Below, piece after piece: positions 49,081-62,349 of a stretch of 64,000 nt of DNA (position 1 is the first letter of the stretch; each line of letters opens with the position of its first letter). The position numbers and the translations under genes were made by a program. The DNA is taken from NCBI RefSeq assembly GCF_006345805.1, contig NC_042998.1, forward strand, positions 6,882,001 through 6,946,000, given 5' to 3'. The notes under the pieces were generated by a model. That model made no database searches and had not been told where the DNA came from. It saw nothing but the letters and a program-made list of their open reading frames with translations. Origin of the DNA: Octopus sinensis (taxonomy: Eukaryota).

Positions 49081-51309
49081 ATTAGACTATAACAGCCTTA
49101 TACACTGACCTTATTGATATGGTTCATATTGGTTTAATCTTTACACCTGTCAGATTAGTTGTCCTTTCTTGTGTGGAAACTTCCTTTGCATTCCAACAGG
49201 TACAAAACAAATAATCATTGAAATGAAAATAGTAAACTATTAACAATGCCATGTTTTGCTGTTTTCTCTGTCTCTCAATCAGTTCTTAATTATTTTCCAT
49301 GCTACACATATTACTATTAATCAATAAAATCATTCAATTAGAGTGCTACAAAAAGCATGTGGTAAAAGTTCTAATTATTTTATATCTGAAAATACTGTGA
49401 ACGCAGGGGAAGAAGCCTGTTTCATTCTTGTTCACACTCTTGTTCGTAGCACGAGTTTATTTCATTCGTGTATTTTTTGTCATTGTTGTTCTTGTTGTTT
49501 TTGTTGTAGATGCTGTTGTAGAAGCTTTTGCCTCTGGAGGCTTTTAGCTCATCACAGTACATACGCATGCATACGAAAACAAAAAAAAAATCCTTGTCAA
49601 TTATTCTGCTGCCTACGGCAGTGAACTGTATCTTCTTCCATGTTGGTGCATATTCTATTCTAAAGACAGGGTTAATAGTGCCAAATATGGTGGTGACGGT
49701 GGTGGTATTTTGTTTATCAGTAAGAAAAATATCCTTTCATGTGAATATCACTTCCATATCTCTGTTTCATCTCACTCCTTTCATCATTTCAAATCAACAT
49801 TCTTTCATTCACCTCGATCAGCCATCTTAATTTCACAACAAATTTTTTTCTCTGATAATTCATCCTAAATTAATTCTGTTACAAATTTTAGTAGTTTCAA
49901 GTCAAAATTAGTTAGGCTTAGGTTTCACTGTTAGATTGACTTTGGGTTAAGGACTCCAAGAAGTCTGTTTGTTCCATGCCATGAGAGTACAGAATACAAT
50001 TTATGCCTTCATTTAATTGAATCAAGTTCACTTTTTTTTCCCCTGCTGTCTTCTATATTTACTGCTTGATTACAAAGATCCTCTTCTGACGTTAATGGAG
50101 GTTTATTTTTCTGCTCAAATATAATCACAAATTTTTATTTTGAATAAATACATAAATTAGATAAATTAATGATTATAATTTTTATTGCCTCATCATAATA
50201 TCAATTTCATAGAGGAGGAAATAAAGAAAAAAAAGATTAAATCAACTTGACTGATATTTATTTATCTCTACCAGACTTAAGAAATATAAAGCTGATCTTA
50301 ACTTAAACTGAACTCTAAATAGTAGATAGAATATTAAATGAAATGTTGCAAACTACCTATGCAAGCCATCATTGTTTCTGCTATCCTTCCTGCTTTTCAA
50401 TTAGGAATAAGAATTTCTGAAAAGAAGCTTAATGGCTTAGATTTTTAGAAGGGAATAAGGTGTTCAGCGCAATAACAGACATTGCAATTGGTACACTTTG
50501 CACAAGAAAATCAGTACACTGTAATTTGTACACTCAATAAACATGAAAAATCACCGACTCCAAACATTTCTAGCTCTTTCTATCAAGTGTAACTTGTGTG
50601 TAGTCACGTTTTATGCAAAGACTGGACTCCTTAGGCACCAGAAATACCAAAATAACAAAAAAGATAAGAAGGTAAAGCTATCCTAATTGAAGACTAACTG
50701 ACAAAAATGAAGGATAGGAAGTGATTTATTTGAACTGTTTTAGAATATGTCAATAGCATGTAACATTACTGAGAAACACATTTTGTAAATCACTTAACAA
50801 TTATTGAATTACATGGTTTCTTAGTGTATATATATATATATTTGGGCAAATATTCCTTGAGTGTTTGGTTCTGTTAGGTGTTTCGTTATTTCATATTTGG
50901 TCAACTATGAAAGATTTCTTAGTGTTAGTAATACTTAACTGAGATTTGGTGGATTTCAACTGAGTAATCTACATGTAATACTAAAGTAACATTTTAGTCT
51001 ACAGTGACTTGCAGTAATAAACCAACAACTCAGGTATGCTAGAGTTATGGCTGTTGTAAGATCAGAGTTAACACCAAGTCTACAGGTGAGATATAGCTTA
51101 AAACTATTATGTAAATCGGAAGCTCTAGTGATTGATGAGATTAATTACTGTAAGTTGTTCGGAACTGTAAATATTTAAGCTAGTGGACTATGTGGATCAG
51201 GCGAAGGAAATGGGTTAAAGCCATAGAAGTCATTTAGGATTTTGAAGACAACCTTGTTGAAGTAGATGTCCTCAACCCAAAGCAAACTGTGATTGGTTAG
51301 ATTTAGAAA

Positions 51310-52630
51310 GTCAATCCCTTAAATGACTTGAATGAATTAATTGAAAATCAATGGAAATAGCATCATGTCCTATACAGCCTTTGCAGATTATATAAAATCA
51401 TTCTTAGAAATGTTCAGGTGCTAATCCTAGCTGGCAGGGGTGCTTGCCTCCCCTTTGCAAATATAAGGACACAGGAAATATGTCAAAGCTGACAGGAAGC
51501 GTCGATGCTTCCTAGGGTTAAATAGCGGTGGTGTGATTCCCTTTACAGAACTGTCACATTGTGTTGACAGTATACAACCACTATATAAAATCATTCACCC
51601 CTGTGGACCTATCAGGAGTGATGACAGCCGTAGCAAACCAAGGTGCAGAACCAACACACGTCAATATCTGAAATGCATCTACCATCATGCTAAATCTTTG
51701 AAGAAGCTACACAAATATTAGAGCCAATGGTTATTCCAAAATGTGCAAGACATGGAAATTGTATTTCCCTTCATTTTCTCACAGCCTGCTCGTAAAGAAG
51801 TGTTTTGAAAAGTGCATTACGATGAAGACGAAGTTAAAATTAAAACTGACAGCAAGTTTCTCATATGCTTTCAATTTGCAGTTGACATACTACTTGTATC
51901 AGAAGATTTAACCAAACTTCATTCTATGTTAGAATAACTGATTACATAAACCAAGGCTGCAGAAAGAAAAATGATATTCAGAGGGAAAAAAAAATATTTT
52001 CAACAGACTGATAAAGTGAAGTTCTGGTATTGAAAATTGAAGAAATATTTTACAGATAGTGAACAGTCTTCCCTACCTTGCCCAACTTATAAGAACACAA
52101 CTGAGTGTAAGTAAAGAAATCAAATGATAAATTAACGTAAGCTGACAAACTTTTGAGAAAGAAAATTCCAATTTTAAGAAAATTGCTGTTAGCATTAGAA
52201 AACTAGGTATACAAGTGATGCTCCATCACAAAAATGATTTAGAGACAGAGAATATAACACAAAAAGACTCAATAGAAAGTAACGAAGAAGCTAAGAAAAG
52301 TTTAACACATTCAAGGACAACGTTATGCTTAAAATAATTTAGAAGAATCACAGAACAATGGAAAAGGTATCAAAACAAATGAAAGTAAAAGATCCTGTCA
52401 AATTTACAAAATCATTGAAATGGAATTGGGTGAGACATGTTGAAAGAATCGATGACAAGTGGACAGAAAAGTTAACGGATTCAGTTCTGATAGACCAAAA
52501 AGGAAGCAGAATGACAACAAACAAAATAAAAGAATGAATGAGATGAGCTTCAGAAGAATGAGGAACAGAAACTCAAAACTGAAAAAAATATAAAAAAATA
52601 CAGGCAAAGCCTTTAATCAGCAGAGATGAT
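51310..52630 (+). mobile_element. Degenerate RTE-clade LINE RT and 3' end
   Basis: YTAFADYIKSF (Y.AF.DY.KAF), KCARHGNCIS (KGVRQGD.IS), FQFAVDILLVSED (RFADDI.L), KSLKWNWVRHVERIDDKWTEKL (LKW.WAGHVAR..D.RW). Confidence 0.8.
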
Positions 52631-52660
52631 AACTTTATTTGACTCACAGAAGAGTTGAGG

Positions 52661-52896
52661 AAAGGCGGTGAGCTGGCAGAAACGTCAGCGTGCCAGGCAA
52701 AATGCTTAGCGGTATTTCGTCCGCCACTACGTTCTGAGTTCAAATTCTGCCGAAGTAAACTTTGCCTTTCATCCTTTTGGGGCCGATTAAATAAGTACCA
52801 GTTAGGCACTATGGTCGATGTAATTGACTTAATCCGTTTGTCTGTCTTTGTTTGTCCCCTCTGTGTGTAGCCCCTTGTGGTCAGTAAAGAAATAAG
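52661..52896 (+). mobile_element. SINE family A
   Basis: Full-length match to consensus. Confidence 0.9.
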
Positions 52897-53945
52897 AAAG
52901 AGTTAAGGATTTGCTAGGTCTTAGAAAGCGAAAATATATATCAGAGTGGGGTATCTTTGTAGCTGAACTACAAGTGAACGAGATGAGTGGTGGAAAGGGG
53001 AAATTCCAAACCACTACATGTTGCTACTCATGGCAAGAGGTTAAGTATTTGGAGTATATGTCATGTTAGCTAAAACTGAGGTTTGCCAGAGGTAGAGTCA
53101 GAGCCGGAGAGATTTATGTCTCGGAAAGGAATTAGATAATGCAATGTTCACAGGTTGAAAAGTGGTACTCTGTGGTTCATGGTTAAATTGCAGGTGTAAA
53201 TGACAGCGATTACTGATTCATAATGTGTATTTTAATGTACTTGCTTTGAAATGTTAAGACGAAATATAAATGTAAGTTTAAAGCTAAGAGGTAAAGCACA
53301 CCTATGCTGCTGTTGTTACTATTACTACTACTACTGCTGCTGCTACTGCTGCTGCTTCTGCTGTTGTTGTTGTTAAGCAACAAGATGGGTAAGGGTTATT
53401 AGGTGATGGTCTAGGGCTTAGGGGCGGGAGACCTCAGACCTTGAGAAAAAAAAACTTTGGTCGTCTTGTAGTCGAGGGCTCTTCGTTGATGCCCAACACC
53501 ACTGGGAGGTGGCCCTCGAAGTCGCTGGAAATGGAGATCTCCAGGTCCAAATTCTGGGACGGCTGCTGCTGCTGCTCTGCTATGGCTGTCACTAGGAATT
53601 GAGGACTTGAAAGCATGTACTATGTTTTCACAAGTTATTTTCAGTGCCTATGTGGTCACATGTCGATGTTGGCACCTTCCTGGTTTCACTGCACATGACC
53701 CAACTACCAGAATTTTACAGCTACAAGGAGAAAGGGCTGTCCTAGCAATGAACTGGTATTCATTTCAACTGGGGAGACTGGAATGACATGAAATAAAGTG
53801 CCTTGACGAAGGACACAATTTGTTGCCAAGTCTAAGAATCAAACCTACAACCTTTTTGATAGTGAGCCTAATACCCTTTCCACAAGGGCCATGGGTAAAA
53901 ATTGTCAAAACATTATCTAACCATATGCTACATACAAACTTAGTT

Positions 53946-54090
53946 AAAGGTGCAGGAGTGGCTTCTCAACCACATGGTTCTGGGTTCAGCCTCACTGCAT
54001 GGCACCTTGGGCAAGTATTTTCTATTAAGGCCTTAGGCTGTCTAAAGCCTTGTGAGTGGATTTGGTAGATGGGAACTGAAAGAAGCCTGT

Positions 54091-54159
<69 letters not shown>

Positions 54160-54560
54160 ATATAGTTGAAATTTACAGAAAAACAAAAGACGAAGACAGG
54201 TGTATGAACAACAAGCAGGTGTATTAGTTTGATTCTCAGGAAAGTGAGAAAGTCGTTTATGTTTCGAGCCTATGCTCTTCAGCAGAAAGGAATAAGAGAA
54301 AATAATGAGAGAGAGAATAAAAATACTTGTGGATTTAGCGATATATATATATACATGTTTGTGTGTCTGTGTTTGTACCCCCCATCATCACTTGACAACC
54401 GATGTTGATGCGTTTACGTCCTTGTAACTTAGCGGTTCAACAAAAGAGATTGATAGAATCAGTACCACTCTTACAGAGAATAAGTCCTGGGGTCGATTTG
54501 TTTGACTAAAGGCGGTACTCTAGCATGGCCACAGTTAAATGAGTGAAGCAAGTAAAAAAA
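53946..54560 (+). mobile_element. SINE family B with a ~185-bp insertion (54160-54345) in its central microsatellite
   Basis: Head ggtgcaggagtggc at 53948; body resumes after (TA)n at ~54345. Confidence 0.8.
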
Positions 54561-54759
54561 ATACATGAAAATAAAGGGGGAAAAGTTAGGAATGATTATA
54601 AGAATAATAGAATAGGAAAGAAATTAAAACTGTTAATTCGTTTTTTAAATCTTTCTCTAAATGAAATATCAGTTTGTAATTTTCAACTTCTAAACACATG
54701 GAATAGAGTATCTGGAGCGAATAAAATAAGTAGTAGCAAACAAAATTCAAATATGAAAC

Positions 54760-54874
54760 AAATAATAATAATAATAATAGTATAAATAATAATAATCACA
54801 ATAATAATAATGATCACAACAATAATAATAATAATAATAATAATAGTATAAATAATAATAATCACAATAATAAA

Positions 54875-54928
<54 letters not shown>

Positions 54929-54960
54929 CACAATAATAATAATAATAATAAATAATAAAT
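54760..54960. repeat. (AAT)n microsatellite
   Basis: Directly visible. Confidence 0.97.
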
Positions 54961-55546
54961 AAATTTATTAATCCAATTTACATCGAAAGGAAACTTATAC
55001 ATATAAATGTGTGTGTATGTGTGTGTGAGAAAATATACATGCACACACGTACGCACGCACACACACACACACACACATATAATTTTGTATTGAAAATTTA
55101 TAAAGGCAGAAGGGATGTCTTATTCAAGTTTTACACGACATTTTGGTTGTTATTCGATAAAATTTGAAATATTCATATCGATACTTATTTCCCATCTGTG
55201 TTGTCTAAAAGAATGACAAGAATCTTCTTTGAATTTATAAATTAAGAAAAAGAAAAAACAAAGAAGGAAAAAGAGAAGACTATAATAAACAACAAAAATC
55301 TGAAGAAATAATAAATAATCTCACAGTAGAAATATATCAACAATTTATAGAGGCTGAAGTAGAAGAAACCAGAGATTGTTGCATAAATTCAAATGCTTGC
55401 TGCATTCAAAGCATGTTGCTGGTTTGCAGCTGGCCTCTACACATAAGTCTGTTAAAACCTTAAAATATTAAACTAATATGGTTATTATCACATTTGAAGT
55501 GATATTCATCATAACACTTAACACGCAAATGTAGGACATATATACA

Positions 55547-55591
<45 letters not shown>

Positions 55592-55592
<1 letters not shown>

Positions 55593-56668
55593 ACAAAGTA
55601 GAGTTGTGGGGTACCGCACGAGTGGAATTATATACGAAAGAAGGTTTGAAAATGCAATTTAAAAGATGTTTATTTACTTTACCGGTTTCACTCTTTGAAA
55701 AAAGATTGTCAAAAGTAACAAGTAGAAGTTTGGTTGCATTAATTATTGGTTGTTACAAATTGCTACAATACATATATACATGCTTTGGTAACAGGGTTAT
55801 ATGTAATGTTATATGTAATGTAGCAATTTGCAACAACCAATAATTATATATATATAACAAAGTGGAGTTGTGGGGTACCGCACGAGTCGAATTATATACG
55901 AAAGAAGGTTTGAAAATGCAATTTAAAAGATGTTTATTTACTTTACCGGTTTCACTCTTTGAAAAAAGATTGTCAAAAGTAACAAGTAGAAGTTTGGTTG
56001 CGTTAATTATTGGTTGTTACAAATTGCTACAATACATATATACATGCTTTGGTAACAGGGTTATATGTAATGTTATATGTAATGTAGCAATTTGCAACAA
56101 CCAATAATTTGCAACAACCAATAATTATATATATATAACAAAGTGGAGTTGTGGGATACCGCACGAGTGGAATTATATACGAAAGAAGGTTTGAAAATGC
56201 AATTTAAAAGATGTTTATTTACTTTACCGGTTTCACTCTTTGAAAAAAGATTGTCAAAAGTAACAAGTAGAAGTTTGGTTGCATTAATTATTGGTTGTTA
56301 CAAATTGCTACAATACATATATACATGCTTTGGTAACAGGGTTATATGTAATGTTATATGTAATGTAGCAATTTGCAACAACCAATAATTTGCAACAACC
56401 AATAATTATATATAACAAAGTGGAGTTGTGGGGTACCGCACGAGTGGAATTATATACGAAAGAAGGTTTGAAAATGCAATTTAAAAGATGTTTATTTACT
56501 TTACTGGTTTCACTCTTTGAAAAAAGATTGTCAAAAGTAACATGTAGAAGTTTGGTTGCGTTAATTATTGGTTGATGCAAATTGCTACATTACATATATA
56601 CATGCTTTGGTAACAGGGTTATATGTAATGTTATATGTAATGTAGCAATTTGCAACAACCAATAATTA
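55592..56668 (+). repeat. Tandem array of four ~264-281-bp near-identical units
   Basis: Units start 55592, 55856, 56137, 56414 (aacaaagtggagttgtggggtaccgcacgag...). Confidence 0.97.
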
Positions 56669-56772
56669 ACGCAACCAAACTTCTACATGTTACTTTTGAC
56701 AAACTTTTTCCAAAGAGTGAAACCGGTAAAGTAAATAAACATCTTTTAAATTGCGTTTTCAAACCTTCTTTC

Positions 56773-56773
<1 letters not shown>
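56457..56773. mobile_element. TA-flanked palindromic MITE (~145-bp inverted arms)
   Basis: ta|cgaaagaaggtttgaaaa... / ...ttcaaaccttctttcg|ta with a ~35-nt spacer. Confidence 0.75.
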
Positions 56774-56818
<45 letters not shown>

Positions 56819-56934
56819 GTCTGTATAACCTATGTGTGTTAAATATATATGTTCTCATGCAGTAAACTAGTGTATTTTATACAAAACTTAGCAATTCAGA
56901 CAGTCCACCACTTGAATAATAATAATAACTGATT

Positions 56935-57460
56935 GGAAGTGTTATCAAGTACATTGTTTTGTCTTGGTATAAAAGATGGGCTACAGCAAATATTCTGCTC
57001 AATACCACAGATTTGCTTGTCAGTTGTTTGACCTTAACCAGGTGACCATGTCCCTTAGTGGCTGACGATATGTGCATCTCTGATCACGAGCAGAAGTAGT
57101 GGGGGAGCATCATAGCCATGTGTTGAGAGGGATCCTTTGGGGTTTGAATAATTCACCTCTGGAAACATGGGTGGTTCTTTCAACATCCTTAAACAATCCT
57201 TATTCAGGGACCTTTTGAGCGGGATGGGCTACTCAACCTGAAGAAAATTCTAACTGGGCCCCACCTGCAAGGTCATGTGCTGTTTATCTTGATATGAGAT
57301 CACCATGTCGCGCACATATGGTTTTGATGCATGTGCCTGGTGTACCTTTATCAGACGGGTAGTCATGATGGGTATATTGGGCTTCGTATATTTTACCCCA
57401 GTGTCACTTTGATGGCATGCACTGCTCTCTCACTCAATAATAATAATAATAATAATAATA
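56935..57460 (+). mobile_element. Non-LTR retroelement 3' fragment with (AAT)n tail
   Basis: GC-richer block ending ctctctcactc(aat)n; clade not determinable from sequence. Confidence 0.45.
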
Positions 57461-57464
57461 ATCC

Positions 57465-57930
57465 TTTCTACTATAGGCACGAGGTCTGAAATTTTGAGGA
57501 GGGGGATAGTCGGTTACATCAGCCACCAGAATTCCACTGGTACTTAATTTATCGACTCTGAAAGGAGGTAAGGCCAAGTTGACCTCAGTGAAATTTGAAC
57601 TCAGAACATAAAGATGGACAAAATGTTGCTAATACTTTCACCCAGAGAAAGGCATTGAGCTGGTAGAAACGGTAGCATGTCGGGCGAAATGCTAAGCGGT
57701 ACTTCGTCTGCCGTTATGTTCTGAGTTCAAATTCCGCTGAGGTCGACTTTGCCTTTCATCCTTTCGGGGTCAATTAAATAAGTACCAGTTACGCACTGGG
57801 GTCGATATAATCGACTTAATCCTTTTGTCTGTTCTTGTTTGTCCCCTCTGTGTGTAGCCCCTTGTGGGCAGTAAAGAAATAAGTCTTTCACCCAGAGTGC
57901 TAAAGATTCTGCCAGCTCACTGCCCTAATA
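57465..57930 (-). mobile_element. Older family A-related SINE split by a younger copy in the opposite orientation
   Basis: Halves 57465-57647 and 57885-57930. Confidence 0.75.
57648..57884 (+). mobile_element. SINE family A, nested
   Basis: 13-bp TSD ctttcacccagag at 57635-57647 and 57885-57897. Confidence 0.92.
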
Positions 57931-58162
57931 AAAATGACTGTTTCTAATATTGTACAAGGCTTGGTATTTGGGGTGGGCCGCAGGCTGATTAGATCAGCTC
58001 CAGTACTTGACTGGTAATTTTTTTATTCAACCCCAAAAGGATGAATGCAAAATTGACCTTGACATAATTTGAGCTCAAAACTTAAAGGATAACAGAAGAT
58101 ATTACATAAAGTTGAAATCAGATTGATGGAAAACAACCTTCTTAACCTGCAATCATGTTGTG

Positions 58163-58199
<37 letters not shown>

Positions 58200-58290
58200 A
58201 TTCCAAAAGAAAGAAAAACGTGTATATGTTTGAACTTATGGTGTATATACATACTCACAGACACACACACACTCATACATATATATGTAT

Positions 58291-58960
58291 ATATATATAT
58301 CATCATCATCATCGTTTAACGTCCGCTTTCCATGCTAGCATGGGTTGGGCGATTTTGACTGAGGGCTGGCGAACCAGATGGCTGCACCAGGCTCCAATCT
58401 TGATCTGGTAGAGTTTCTATAGCTGGATACCCTTCCTAATGCCAACCACTCCGAGAGTGTAGGGGTGCTTTTTACGTGTCACAGGCACAGGATATATATA
58501 TATATATATCATCATCTTTGTTTAAACGTCCGTTTTCTATGCTAGCATTGGCTGGATGGTTTGACCGGGGTCTATATATATATATATATTGACTATTGAG
58601 TAATTGTAACATATTATTTTATAGATAAATTTCCTCTATTTACATAATATTGAGATCTCTTTCTTTCTTTTGTTATCTTACCGTTTTTACCAATATCATC
58701 ATCATCATCATCATCATCATTTAGCGTCCGTTCTCCATGCTAGCATGGGTTGGACGGTTCAACTGGGGCCTGTGAAGCTGGAAGGCTTCATCAGGCTCAG
58801 TCAGATCTGGCAGTGTTTCTACGGCTGGATGCCCTTCCTAACGCCAACCACTCCGTGAGTGTAGTGGGTGCTTTTTACGTGCCACCCGCACAGGTGCCAG
58901 ACAGAGCTGGCAAACGGCCACGAACGGATGGTGCTTTTACGTGTCACCGGCACGGGGCCA
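58291..58960 (-). mobile_element. Cluster of family E copies (58291-58490, 58505-58570, 58695-58960)
   Basis: Each begins (cat)n...tttaacgtccg...ccatgctagcat. Confidence 0.8.
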
Positions 58961-59151
58961 TATATATATATATATATTTATTAATATATATATATATATA
59001 TATAAGTAGGATCAAAAGTATCTATAGAAAAGTAGAAGTGAAAGCAGAACACTACATTGTCAACAGAGCTGAATGTTATCATCTATGTTGTCTACTGGCA
59101 CAGTTAGGGTACTCTAGATTTCAAAATATATATTTGTAGACAATGTTTTAA

Positions 59152-59379
59152 CCCTTTAGCATTTAAATCAGTTATGTCTGACCAAAATAAATATTCAACT
59201 TGATTTATGTTCAAGCCACCGGTCAGATCTAGCCTCACATATCTACCTTACAATGTTGTTCTAAAAATATACTACCGCATCATCAAAATTTCAAAAGCTA
59301 TGAGACAGAGTGCGATTAATTCAAAACAGCGTCAATAAATTAGCTCAACATTTGACAGAGCGACCCGAATGCTAAAAGG
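59152..59379. mobile_element. piggyBac-type MITE
   Basis: ttaa|ccctttagcatt...aatgctaaaagg|ttaa (11/12 TIR match). Confidence 0.85.
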
Positions 59380-59489
59380 TTAATGCCTACATTTCTTATG
59401 GCTCTCTCACCAGTCTCCAATAAGAAGAGCAAAGTTAGCTTGAGATCGTATGATTTAAAGGAAGAGAATATATAACATAAACTCCAATA

Positions 59490-59533
59490 CATACATATAT
59501 ATATAATATATATATCATCATCATCATCATCAT

Positions 59534-59572
<39 letters not shown>

Positions 59573-59856
59573 GTATGCATGTATATATGTATATATATAT
59601 ATATAAATATATATATATATAAATATATATAAATATATATATATATGTATGTATGTATGTATATATATGCAAATATATATAAGTATATATATATATATAA
59701 ACAAATAAATATCGTCCAACGCGTGCTAGTGCGGAAAACGGACGTTAAGCGATGATGATGATGAGGAGGAGGAGGATATATATACATATATATATATATA
59801 CATATATAATACATATACATATATATGCACATATACATATATATATATATATATAG

Positions 59857-59895
<39 letters not shown>

Positions 59896-59994
59896 CATAT
59901 ACATACATATATATACATATACATACATATACATATATATATATATATATACAAACATATATATATACATATATATATACATATATATATACAT

Positions 59995-60027
<33 letters not shown>

Positions 60028-60030
60028 AAG
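59490..60030. repeat. (TA)n/(TACA)n microsatellite containing a family E 3' tail fragment (59705-59765)
   Basis: Directly visible. Confidence 0.92.
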
Positions 60031-60599
60031 GTGCCCCGACTCCATGCTATAAAATAAAATTGGATCGATATAAAGAGTAATGAAATATAAATATTCCACA
60101 TTGCTAATTTGGAGATGAGAATTATTCGGAGACTGTGATGCTTGCTCCTCTTAAATCATAAATGCTGTTGAAGTCATAGAAGCTGGAAGTATTCCGTTTA
60201 ATTTAGCGATTCAAAAATCTATAGAACGGCAGAGATGGAAGCATAGAGATACTCTAATCTCTCTCCTGAGTATAGATAGCAGAAGTAAGTTTATGTATTA
60301 TGATGGACAGGATAATGGACCAGAGTGTTGAACTTAAACATGAGAAACACGCTGTTCCATTTCCTGTGATATTCTGTCATGTTGTTAAGTTTCAGTTGAG
60401 ATAATTAGGAGAAATCAAATGTTTCCTTCTGGAAAGATCCATTAGGAATAGGAAAAAAAAAAAACTGATATGTTGATGATGTTGCCTATGACATTTATCT
60501 GTTTTATCCTAATGGTCTTTTGCATCATGTGAAAACTTGCTATTTATAGTAAGAAGTTGCTTCGAAAACAAAGAGAGTCTTTAAAAAAAAAATTACAAA

Positions 60600-61190
60600 G
60601 GAGTGGCTATGTGGTAAGTAGCTCGTTTACCAACCACATGGTTCCGGGTTCAGTCCCACTGCATGGCACTTTGGGCAAGTGTCTGCTACTATAGCCTCGG
60701 GCCGACCAAAGCCTTGTGAGTGGATTTGGTAGATGGAAACTGAAAGAAGCCCGTCGTATATATATATATGTATATATGAGTGTGTGTGTGTGCGTTTGTG
60801 TGTCTGTGTTTGTCCCTCCAACATCGCGTGACAACCATGGCTGGTGTGTTTACGTCCCCGTTACTTAATGGTTGGGCAAAAGAGACCGATAGAATAAGTA
60901 CTGGGCTTACAAAGAATAAGTCCTGGGGTCGATTTGCTCGACTAAAGGCGGTGCTCCAGCATGGCCGCAGTCAAATGACTGAAACAAGTAAAAGAAAAAA
61001 GAAAAAAAAAGGTGCAGACATGGGTGTGTGGTAAGAAGTTCACTTCCCGAGCATATGGTTCTGGGTTCAGTCCCACTGCATGGCACCTTGGACAAGTGTC
61101 TTCTACTATATACCACTGGGCCGACAAAAATCCTGTGAGTAGATTTGGTGGAAGCAAACTCTGTGTGTGTGTATTTGTGTATGTGTGCCC
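60600..61190 (+). mobile_element. SINE family B (60600-61000) followed by a second partial copy (61012-61190)
   Basis: Consensus match; second head gcagacatgggtgtgtggtaag. Confidence 0.85.
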
Positions 61191-61374
61191 TTCCTGATGC
61201 CAAAACATTGTTTACAAGTAAGTTGTTTTATTCCACATCTTCACACATTGAGCCACTAAGGTACTGGATGTTTTATTTATTTATGTGGAATATAAACAAT
61301 GCTACCACTGCTCAAGCAAGACTCAATGCAAAACTACAAAGAAATGAGCACACACACACACACACACATACAGG

Positions 61375-61460
61375 GTCTCGGAGGAGATAGTGTAAATTGA
61401 AGGCTACCAAACCTGCCACACACACACAGACAACTTCAGCTTTATATATATAGATATACA
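61375..61460 (+). mobile_element. 3' end of Helentron/DINE-1-like element
   Basis: cagggtctcggaggagatagtg...caacttcagctttatatatatagat, matching 23281-23360. Confidence 0.65.
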
Positions 61461-62349
61461 CATATACACACACGTTTACATTCAAAATGTAAACAGGAAC
61501 AATAGTATTCAATACATGTTTTAGAGTATAGCTTTGTTTATGTTTGTTCTAGGAAAAAGGCAGGATACAAAGTATGTATGCAAAGATTCAGTGCTTTTAA
61601 GTAGAGTGGATTATATAAAACATGTATTAGCTGAATATTAAATGCTACACAAATACACATCTTCCACTCACCACTGTGGTCTGTTCACAGTACATAAGAA
61701 TTTTGCATAGTGACAAGCAAAATGTGTGTGTGTGTGTGTGTGGCAATTAGCCTCTTAAAATCAAAGATTTCTTCCAAACTCACTCATAATTTCAAGCAAG
61801 GCAATTAGTGAGGCTACACTTACTTTGGCATAGCTTGACTGATTGCATCTCATGAAACAATGAATATTTATTAAATGAATCATCAACTTTGCATTGGTCT
61901 GTGCCTCATCAGTCATTACACACAGCCTATAATGAAGGCTAGATTCAAAATCCAACCACAAATTCATCTGTAATTATCGGTAAAAGTTTGTTCTGAGTGT
62001 AACTACAGAAGTGACTTCCCAAGATCATCACAGCACAGCACACTAATAAAATGCCTGCCAATTTTGTACTGCTGGTTTTTATAAGTATGAATTCTTTATA
62101 GTGCTGTCTTAAGACATGGGCTCAGTAGGCAGTTGCCCAGGGGCCTCATGTATCTAAGGTTGTAGTCCTCAACCATTTTTTATCTATGGAACCCCTTTGA
62201 TTCCTATTTTATTAGAGTGGGTCTTATAGCTATTTGATGTATAAAATAAAAATCCTACATTTTTATAATTAAATATTATTAGGAACTGATTAAAAAAATT
62301 GTTAAAATATTTTCTGTATTGTAGAAGTATAACCAACTTATTGTACATA

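Noticed and set aside
53388-53425. Telomere-like taagggttattagg...ctagggcttagggg
   Set aside because: Only two or three degenerate units; not enough for an interstitial telomeric array
55604-56575. Four repeated ~80-aa ORFs (MELWGTARVELYTKEG...)
   Set aside because: Non-ATG starts inside the MITE-derived tandem array; no coding signature
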